From an uncultured Anaerolineaceae bacterium (GTDB lineage Bacteria > Chloroflexota > Anaerolineae > Anaerolineales > Villigracilaceae), in NCBI GenBank assembly GCA_964370815.1, contig CAYJKQ010000001.1, forward strand, positions 285,812 through 317,811: a stretch of DNA of 32,000 nt, given 5' to 3'. Below the pieces are notes generated by a model that saw nothing but the letters and a program-made list of their open reading frames with translations, was not told where the DNA came from and did no database searches. A program made the position numbers and the translations under genes. Shown here piece after piece: positions 25,709-32,000 of the stretch; position 1 is the first letter of the stretch; the number at the start of each line of letters is the position of its first letter.

Positions 25709-25726
25709 TTGGATATTTGCATCCAA
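25709..25726. promoter_or_regulatory. Inverted repeat TTGGAT-ATTTGC-ATCCAA upstream of the LLM oxidoreductase gene
   Basis: 6-bp arms with a 6-nt spacer, 90 nt upstream of the ATG at 25816. No U-tract follows, so it is not a terminator. It contains ATATTTGCAT, identical to the inner half-site of the 15713-15746 palindrome. Confidence 0.3.
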
Positions 25727-25815
25727 TAGATCTGCCAGAAATTGAATTGTGATTATTTTTAATTTTCCCCAAGTAATTAGACAGATACAAACTTAATGGA
25801 GGAAATGGAGAAAAA

Positions 25816-26727
25816 ATGGATATAGCTATCATGGTGGAAGGACAAAATGGATTAAATTGGCACCGTTGGAAGAATTTGGCTGCTGCTGTGGAAGATTTGG
25901 GATTTTTTGGTTTATTTCGTTCTGACCATTTTACCAATATGGCACCCCCGGATAAGGATTCTCTTGAATTATGGGTTTCGCTCACATGGCTGGCAAGTCA
26001 TACCCATCGAATCCAATTTGGACCTTTGGTGACTCCTTTTTCATTCAGGCACCCTGTGATCACAGCACGCATGGCTTCGGCGGTGGACGATTTATCTGGT
26101 GGAAGGCTAATTCTCGGTTTAGGTGCTGGTTGGCAGAGACGTGAGCATGAGATTTTTGGTTTTGACTTGATGGAACCTAATGCACGTTTTGATCGCATGG
26201 AGGAAGGTCTGAGATTGATCAAATTGCTTTTCGAGAGCGAAGATCCATTTAATTTTGAGGGCAATTCTTTCAATGCAAACGAGGCTATCATGCTCCCAAG
26301 GCCGCAACGCTTAGGAGGACCTGAAATATTAATTGGTGGAATTGGGAAAAGACGGACTTTACCTCTTGTTGCAAAATTCGCTGGAGAATGGAATGCTTTG
26401 TTTCTGGATCCCCAAAAATATCGGGAGTTAAACCTTGAGATGAACAATATTCTAAAGGCTTTTGGACGAATACCTGAATCTCTTACAAGATCAATGATGA
26501 CTGGATTGCGTTTTGGTCGTACCAAGCATGAGTTGGATGCCAAGCTGGCAAATTCCGAGCACTCAGTAAAAGATCTACGCAAAAGAGGAATAATTGTTGG
26601 AGTTGGTGGAGAAATCAAGGCACAACTAATAGAACTTGAGAATGCTGGTCTGCAGCGTGTTATGCTTCAATGGTTGGATCTTGACGATCTGGATGGATTA
26701 ACAAATTTGGCAAAAATTGTTTTATGA
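25816..26727 (+). CDS. Luciferase-like monooxygenase (LLM) class, probably F420-dependent oxidoreductase
   Basis: 303 aa. Contains GLFRSDHF, FGPLVTPFSFRHP and GRLILGLGAGW, typical of LLM-class F420-dependent oxidoreductases. GGAG lies 7 nt upstream of the ATG. Confidence 0.8.
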   Translation: MDIAIMVEGQNGLNWHRWKNLAAAVEDLGFFGLFRSDHFTNMAPPDKDSLELWVSLTWLASHTHRIQFGPLVTPFSFRHPVITARMASAVDDLSGGRLILGLGAGWQRREHEIFGFDLMEPNARFDRMEEGLRLIKLLFESEDPFNFEGNSFNANEAIMLPRPQRLGGPEILIGGIGKRRTLPLVAKFAGEWNALFLDPQKYRELNLEMNNILKAFGRIPESLTRSMMTGLRFGRTKHELDAKLANSEHSVKDLRKRGIIVGVGGEIKAQLIELENAGLQRVMLQWLDLDDLDGLTNLAKIVL

Positions 26728-26728
26728 T

Positions 26729-27808
26729 TCAACAGATCCTGGGTAAAAGTTCACCAGCAGGTAAATCCACTACCCGCATGCCCCCAATTGAAGTTCGAGC
26801 AGTAACCATTCCAGGGTGATCATTAACAACCTTGCCAATAATGGCCGAGTCTTTTCCAAGTGGATGGCTGCGCATAGCCAATAATACTTTGTCAGCTTTA
26901 TTCTCGGGAAGTACTATGATCATTTTCCCCTCATTTGCAATATAGAATGGGTCAAGCCCCAGCATTTCGCAAGCAGCATTCACCTCAGAATATATGGGGA
27001 TATCCGTCTCGTTAAATTCAATGCCAACATTAGAAGCAATTGCTAATTCATTTAGAACAGCGGCTAATCCACCTCGTGTAGCATCCCTTAGGCAATGAAT
27101 TTCGTTAGTGATGGAAAGAATTGTATCAACCAGACCGTTGAGAGGTGCAGTATCGCTCTCAATAGTTGTTTTAAATTCCAATCCCGACCGTACAGACATA
27201 ATAGCCATCCCGTGGTCACCAATGCTTCCACTGATTATGATGACGTCTCCAGGGTGGGCAAATTTTGAAGAAATATTTATACCTTCAGGAATTATCCCTA
27301 TTCCTGTGGTATTGATATACATACCATCTCCATGTCCCCGATTGACTACTTTCGTATCACCTGCGATTATTTTAACTCCTGCAAGTTTGCAAGCTGAAGC
27401 CATTGAATTTACGATTATTCCGAGTGTCTCCATTGGCAAGCCTTCTTCTAAAATAAAACCTGCAGATAGATATAGAGGCTTTGCACCACTCATGGAGAGA
27501 TCATTGATTGTGCCAAAAATGGCTAGTTCACCAATATCTCCTCCTGGAAAAATTAATGGGCTTACAACAAATGAATCTGTCGTAAAAGCAAGACGATTTG
27601 ATGGTATGGTTTGAAATATTTCTGCCAGATCAATAGTGGTCGAATCATTCAGTTGGCCAAGTAGTTCATTATTAAAAGCTGGGGAAAAGAGATGTTTGAT
27701 TAGATCGTCCATCATTTTTCCACCCGAACCGTGACCAAGTACTATAGTTGGGTAATTTTGGAGTGGTCTCGGACAAGTCCAGCCTGCGATTTTGGTATTA
27801 TCAGTCAT
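26729..27808 (-). CDS. hypE: [NiFe]-hydrogenase maturation protein HypE
   Basis: The AIR-synthase-like fold begins ..CPRP....IVLGHGSGG and ends with the invariant HypE terminus PRIC. GGAG lies 5-8 nt upstream of the ATG at 27808. Confidence 0.9.
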   Translation of the reverse strand: MTDNTKIAGWTCPRPLQNYPTIVLGHGSGGKMMDDLIKHLFSPAFNNELLGQLNDSTTIDLAEIFQTIPSNRLAFTTDSFVVSPLIFPGGDIGELAIFGTINDLSMSGAKPLYLSAGFILEEGLPMETLGIIVNSMASACKLAGVKIIAGDTKVVNRGHGDGMYINTTGIGIIPEGINISSKFAHPGDVIIISGSIGDHGMAIMSVRSGLEFKTTIESDTAPLNGLVDTILSITNEIHCLRDATRGGLAAVLNELAIASNVGIEFNETDIPIYSEVNAACEMLGLDPFYIANEGKMIIVLPENKADKVLLAMRSHPLGKDSAIIGKVVNDHPGMVTARTSIGGMRVVDLPAGELLPRIC

Positions 27809-27929
27809 TTGGCTCCAACGAATGAATGTAACATTTCAATAATTCAGGTAAAAATGGGATTGTTTGTGTTGGCAGAAAATTTGAAAAATTTAATCCCTTG
27901 CTCCTAATTGAGAAGATAAGAATGAACCA

Positions 27930-29027
27930 TTATTCTTTTTCATAACGTCCATATCGATAATAAGCAGCGCAAGCGCCTTCTGTTGAAACCATCGTAGCTC
28001 CAAGTGGAGTTTGAGGTGTACATTTATTCCCAAATGCAGAACATTCGTTTGGTTTTTTTCTGCCTTGCAAGACCAACCCGCTAATACATAAATCAGATTC
28101 TTTTGTTTCTATGGATTGGATTTCGGGAAAACGCAACTCGGCATCATATTCGGCAAATTCCGGGCGTAAACGGTAACCTGATTGAGGAATTACTCCTAAA
28201 CCGCGCCAGGGTCGGTCACATAATTCAAAAACACGTTCGATAATGGCTTGAGCGGAAGGATTTCCTTCCCTTACAACTGAGCGGGAATACGCATTCTCTA
28301 CTTTATGTTGACCCTTTTCCAATTGATTTACACATTTCAAGATTCCGTGGACAACGTCCACTGGTTCGAATCCAGTGACTACGATAGGAATTTTATATTT
28401 TTCCGCAAGGAGTTCGTATTCCCAGAAACCCATTACCGTACAAACATGTCCAGCAGCCAGAAACCCGTCAACCTTGACATCAGGAGACTCCATTAGAGCA
28501 ATTATGGCAGCCGGTACAATCACGTGCGAAACCAGCATGGCAAAATTATTGATTCCCTGTCTTTGGGCTTGAATAATTGCCATGGCGTTAGGAGGGGTTG
28601 TGGTTTCGAAACCTATTCCAAAAAAAATAACGGTTTTATCGGGATTATCATGAGCGATTTTAAGGGTATCAAGGGGGGAGTAAAGTATGCGTACATCACC
28701 CCCTGCTGCTTTAACAGATAAGAGATCACTGGCAGATCCGGGAACACGCAACATATCTCCATAGGATGTGAAGATAACATCTTTACGGGATGCCAATGCA
28801 ATTGCTTTGTCAATTAATTCAAGAGGTGTCACGCACACCGGGCAACCTGGTCCATGCACCAGGTTGATTTCTTCGGGTAATAATTGGTCGAGACCAGATT
28901 TGATTATGGAATGAGTCTGACCTCCACAGACTTCCATTAATGTCCAATCTCTGGTAAGGACGCTGGCCAATTCTTTTAAGAGTTTACTTGTTAGTTCAGC
29001 GTCACGGTATTCTTCAATATATTTCAA
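27930..29027 (-). CDS. hypD: [NiFe]-hydrogenase maturation protein HypD
   Basis: Contains [19 protein letters not shown], a FETT-like GFETTTP and C-terminal Cys motifs. The track start at 29060 is a TTG that overlaps hypC by 29 nt. The TTG at 29027 gives (M)KYIEEYRD, the canonical HypD N-terminus, lies 4 nt after the hypC stop and has AAGGA upstream. Confidence 0.9.
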   Translation of the reverse strand: MKYIEEYRDAELTSKLLKELASVLTRDWTLMEVCGGQTHSIIKSGLDQLLPEEINLVHGPGCPVCVTPLELIDKAIALASRKDVIFTSYGDMLRVPGSASDLLSVKAAGGDVRILYSPLDTLKIAHDNPDKTVIFFGIGFETTTPPNAMAIIQAQRQGINNFAMLVSHVIVPAAIIALMESPDVKVDGFLAAGHVCTVMGFWEYELLAEKYKIPIVVTGFEPVDVVHGILKCVNQLEKGQHKVENAYSRSVVREGNPSAQAIIERVFELCDRPWRGLGVIPQSGYRLRPEFAEYDAELRFPEIQSIETKESDLCISGLVLQGRKKPNECSAFGNKCTPQTPLGATMVSTEGACAAYYRYGRYEKE

Positions 29028-29031
29028 TTCA

Positions 29032-29274
29032 TCATCCTTCTTCGTCAGCCATTGCCGCAATCTGATTTAAAAGTTGCATGGTTTCAAGTGCTTCTGTTTC
29101 ATCTATGATTGATAAGCCAAATCCAACATGAATGAGTGTATAGTCGCCAATTTTTATTTCGGGCAAATATTCCATGCAGGCTTCTTTAATAACCCCGCTG
29201 AAATCAATTCTAGCCATTTTCATACCATTAGATTCATAAAGCTCAATTACTTTCCCGGGAATTCCAAGACACAT
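29032..29274 (-). CDS. hypC: [NiFe]-hydrogenase maturation chaperone HypC
   Basis: The ATG at 29274 gives [11 protein letters not shown], and HypC requires Cys2 at its N-terminus. The 4-codon extension in the track is therefore unlikely. Confidence 0.9.
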   Translation of the reverse strand: MCLGIPGKVIELYESNGMKMARIDFSGVIKEACMEYLPEIKIGDYTLIHVGFGLSIIDETEALETMQLLNQIAAMADEEG

Positions 29275-29292
29275 GATACACCTCAAATTTGA

Positions 29293-29973
29293 TTATTGAT
29301 CATACAATAAATTAGACTTCCAATTTTTTACTTTGTCTACCAGCCAATCAGCACATTTTTCCATGCCTTCACCTGTTTTAGCTGATAATGGAAAGGTTTC
29401 CAGGTTGGGGTTAAGTATCTCCACGCCTTTTCTGAAGTAATCCATATTAAATGATACATAAGGCATAAGATCGATTTTGCTAATAACCAGAGCATCCACA
29501 CCCCGGTAAGCTCCCGGATATTTATAGGGTTTATCATCACCCTCAGGAATGGAAGCAACAAGCAAATTCATATGGCTACCAATCTTAAAGTTTATTGGGC
29601 ATACAAGATTGCCAACGTTTTCGATGATTACAAGATCAAGATTATTGAGAGGGAGGGATGGCAATGCACCTGCCACCATTGCTGCATCAAGGTGACATTC
29701 ACCACCGGTATTAATTTGAACTGCTGGTAAACCAGCAGCAGTTGCTTTATCTGTATCAATTGAAGATGCCAAATCGCCTTCTATTACTCCCATGCGCAAA
29801 CGGTTGCGTAACGCTTCAAGTAACTTTATTATGAAGGTAGTTTTACCTGCACCAGGAGAGGCCATGATATTAATTACAAAGACGCCGGCAGTATCAAACT
29901 GCTGGCGAATAATCTCAGCAAGTTTATCATTAGCAGATAGGATTTTTTCAGTAACTTGTATACGGGTTGACAT
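29293..29973 (-). CDS. hypB: [NiFe]-hydrogenase nickel-insertion GTPase HypB
   Basis: Contains the P-loop SPGAGKTT and ENVGNLVCP, within the G3E GTPase family. There is no His-rich N-terminal stretch. Confidence 0.9.
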   Translation of the reverse strand: MSTRIQVTEKILSANDKLAEIIRQQFDTAGVFVINIMASPGAGKTTFIIKLLEALRNRLRMGVIEGDLASSIDTDKATAAGLPAVQINTGGECHLDAAMVAGALPSLPLNNLDLVIIENVGNLVCPINFKIGSHMNLLVASIPEGDDKPYKYPGAYRGVDALVISKIDLMPYVSFNMDYFRKGVEILNPNLETFPLSAKTGEGMEKCADWLVDKVKNWKSNLLYDQ

Positions 29974-29976
29974 AAA

Positions 29977-30318
29977 TTACTCCACATCAATACTTTCAAC
30001 ACGCATCTCATCACCCTGGATGACTTGGACTCGAATGCTTTTGCATGCTAGGCAATCAAATGAATCAGAATTGGGGACAAAAATAAGACCACAATCAAAA
30101 CAGCGCATTTCTGTTGGAATGCGCTTAATATTCAATTTTGCCCCAAGAGCAATTGTACCTTCACTTATAATATCCCAATAAAACTGGATAGAATCATCCA
30201 CCAGGCTCGTCATTTGCCCAATTTGGAGATTTATACCGGTTATTTGTTTTGCATCAACTTTCCGGGCATTTTCCAGGGCAATAGTTAAGATACTTTGGGT
30301 GATGGCTAGTTCATGCAT
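29977..30318 (-). CDS. hypA: [NiFe]-hydrogenase nickel-insertion protein HypA
   Basis: The ATG at 30318 gives MHELAITQSIL, with the canonical MHE Ni-binding N-terminus. The zinc site is CFDCG ... CLAC. The 8-codon track extension is unlikely. Confidence 0.9.
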   Translation of the reverse strand: MHELAITQSILTIALENARKVDAKQITGINLQIGQMTSLVDDSIQFYWDIISEGTIALGAKLNIKRIPTEMRCFDCGLIFVPNSDSFDCLACKSIRVQVIQGDEMRVESIDVE

Positions 30319-30425
30319 TAAATATTCTCTAAAAGTTAACAAGGGATATGAGTAAAAAAACTCGGGTTTCGATGATTTTTATAAGATAATTGAATTCTTA
30401 ATTTTTATATCAAGAAATTAGCTAG

Positions 30426-30454
30426 TTGCTTAACAAATTCATATCATGTAATAT
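30426..30454 (+). promoter_or_regulatory. Candidate promoter for the UMF1-type MFS gene
   Basis: TTGCTT (30426-30431), a 17-nt spacer, then TAATAT (30449-30454). The direct repeat ATATCATG at 30441-30448 and 30453-30460 overlaps the spacer and -10. Confidence 0.45.
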
Positions 30455-30515
30455 ATCATGGAACTATTAAAACAATAGGGGGTTATCCTTAAATAATATT
30501 TAAATTGGAGGAGAA

Positions 30516-31919
30516 ATGACAGAATTGGAAAAAAATCAAATGGTAAACGATAAGAAAGAGATACGTGGATGGGCAATGTATGATTGGGCAAATTCAGCTT
30601 TTAGCACAACTGTAGGCACGGTTTTTCTTGGTCCATATCTTGCATCATTGGCAGCGACCGCAGCAATGGGGTCTACAGATGGTATGGCGCGTTTTCTTGG
30701 AATTCCAATTGCACCAGATTCGTTTTTACCATATTGCGTTTCTTTGTCCGTATTTTTGCAGGTCATATTCTTACCAATTTTGGGGGCAATAGCGGATTAT
30801 TCACACCTTCGTAAACAAATGATGCGTCTTTTTGCAACCCTGGGTGCTGTAGCAACAATTGGATTATTTTTTGTGACTGAACCATTATGGTGGTTGGGAG
30901 GATTACTCTTTATGATTGCCAACTTAGCTTTTGGTGCAGCCATGGTTTTTTATAATTCATATTTGCCGGATATTGCCAGTGAAGATCAACGCGATCGCGT
31001 CTCATCTTTCGGTTGGGCAATGGGATATTTAGGTGGAGGACTTTTACTACTATTAAATTTGGTTTTCTACTTGACACATGAAAAACTTGGTGTTCCTACA
31101 GGACTTGCCATCCGTATAAATCTGGCTAGTGCTGGCGTGTGGTGGTTGGGTTTCTCGTTTTTAACTTGGTCTCATTTACGAGCCCGTAAAGCTGCGCGAC
31201 CATTACCCGTTAATGAAACATATACCAGTGCTGGGTTTAAGCAATTGAGAAAAACGGTCAAAGAATTAAAGAATTTCCCGGAGACAATAAAATATCTCAT
31301 TGCATATTTCTTATATAATGATGGTATCCAGACTGTAATCGCTGTTGCAGCCACATTTGCAGCTGCACCAATAATTCGGGGAGGAATACAAGTTGACCAA
31401 AGTACTTTGACTATGGTAATCCTTATGATCCAATTTGTTGCATTTGGAGGCGCATTGTTCTGGGGAAAATTGGCGAAATGGGTTGGTGCAAAGGAATCCA
31501 TCATTATTAGCTTGGTTATTTGGTCCGGTGTTACTATCTTTGCTTATTTTGGATTGAAAGGAGATTCCCGCGTTTTACAATTCTGGGTGTTGGGTTTCTT
31601 TATTGCCTTAGTTATGGGTGGCAGCCAGGCTATTAGCCGCAGCCTTTTCTCACAAATGGTTCCAATTGGAAAAGAAGCTGAGTATTTCTCTTTTTACGAG
31701 ATCAGTGAGCGAGGCACCTCCTGGATTGGTCCAATGCTTTTTGGTGTTGTAAACCAGTTGTTCGGAAGTTTGCGCCCTGCGATCTTGTCGTTAATATTTT
31801 TCTTCGTTTTGGGATTGATCTTACTACCATTTGTAAATGTTAAGAAAGCTATTGCGGATGTGAAAGCAAATGAACTTGTAGAAAATTTGCATAAGATATT
31901 TGAATGGATGCAGTCTTAA
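30516..31919 (+). CDS. MFS transporter, UMF1 (Atg22-like) family
   Basis: 467 aa, polytopic. The N-terminal WAMYDWANSAFSTTV is characteristic of UMF1-family MFS proteins. GGAGGAG lies 4 nt upstream of the ATG. Confidence 0.8.
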   Translation: MTELEKNQMVNDKKEIRGWAMYDWANSAFSTTVGTVFLGPYLASLAATAAMGSTDGMARFLGIPIAPDSFLPYCVSLSVFLQVIFLPILGAIADYSHLRKQMMRLFATLGAVATIGLFFVTEPLWWLGGLLFMIANLAFGAAMVFYNSYLPDIASEDQRDRVSSFGWAMGYLGGGLLLLLNLVFYLTHEKLGVPTGLAIRINLASAGVWWLGFSFLTWSHLRARKAARPLPVNETYTSAGFKQLRKTVKELKNFPETIKYLIAYFLYNDGIQTVIAVAATFAAAPIIRGGIQVDQSTLTMVILMIQFVAFGGALFWGKLAKWVGAKESIIISLVIWSGVTIFAYFGLKGDSRVLQFWVLGFFIALVMGGSQAISRSLFSQMVPIGKEAEYFSFYEISERGTSWIGPMLFGVVNQLFGSLRPAILSLIFFFVLGLILLPFVNVKKAIADVKANELVENLHKIFEWMQS

Positions 31920-31945
31920 TCAAAAAACTGCATCCATTTGTTTAA
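31903..31945 (+). terminator. Candidate rho-independent terminator after the MFS gene
   Basis: AATGGATGCAGT (31903-31914), a 12-nt loop, then ACTGCATCCATT (31927-31938). The 12-bp stem is perfect and is followed by TGTTTAAC. The 5' arm overlaps the last codons of the gene. Confidence 0.55.
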
Positions 31946-32000
31946 CAATTGGTCATTTTTTCAATTACCAAAAAATGGGCTTTGAATTTCACAAATTATC

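Noticed and set aside
24938-25815. Integrated mobile element at tRNA-Pro
   Set aside because: There is no integrase or recombinase. There is no direct repeat of the tRNA 3' end (only an 8-nt AAATCCGA match at 25162-25169). The segment is under 1 kb. It is kept only as a low-confidence accessory-stretch finding.
25998-26618. 206-aa ORF antisense to the LLM oxidoreductase gene
   Set aside because: It is a shadow ORF within a well-supported gene. It has no SD and its composition is Pro/Ser/Arg-rich and biased.
27108-27614. 168-aa ORF antisense to hypE
   Set aside because: It is a shadow ORF inside hypE with no recognisable motifs.
29275-30342. ORF-track N-terminal extensions of hypC (MRCI-) and hypA (MLTFREYL-)
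   Set aside because: The functional N-termini are invariant (HypC Met-Cys, HypA Met-His-Glu), and internal ATGs at 29274 and 30318 give exactly these.

Overview
Gene-dense, AT-rich bacterial chromosomal segment, mostly housekeeping and energy metabolism. The phylum cannot be determined from the sequence alone. I support about 30 CDSs, one tRNA-Pro(CGG), one glmS ribozyme, several promoters and terminators, and one short tandem repeat.

Plus strand, left end: rocD-like aminotransferase (5'-truncated by the window edge), an alanine-dehydrogenase-family gene, a CoA-transferase and pyk.

Long minus-strand run, read in transcription order from 15639 down to 4771: nuoB, nuoCD, nuoI, mrp/apbC-like, PSP1/RicT-like, PIG-L deacetylase, M20 amidohydrolase, FadR-type regulator, korA, korB.

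Remaining loci:
- A winged-helix regulator with a C-terminal Cys motif, transcribed divergently from nuoB.
- A glmS ribozyme followed by glmS, ygiQ and a THUMP methyltransferase.
- A GNAT-like gene plus an MFS transporter.
- tRNA-Pro followed by an AT-rich stretch with small ORFs and an 8-bp tandem repeat.
- An LLM-class oxidoreductase.
- hypA-B-C-D-E.
- A UMF1-type MFS transporter.

I saw no CRISPR array, transposase, integrase or recognisable defence system, and I cannot point to a clear-cut novel system.

The most unusual locus is the stand-alone nuoB-nuoCD-nuoI cluster (complex I Q-module genes with no membrane-arm genes). It has a consensus promoter abutted by a perfect 34-bp palindrome and a divergent SufR-like Cys-motif regulator. 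Downstream is an Mrp/ApbC homologue that has lost its CxxC cluster-binding loop.

Secondary points:
- The glmS ribozyme appears to head a three-gene operon.
- hypABCDE has no hydrogenase or hypF nearby.
- There are candidate sub-60-aa ORFs missing from the ORF track.

Several ORF-track starts are too long (glmS, hypA, hypC, hypD, korB, PSP1, the regulator) and are corrected in the feature list.
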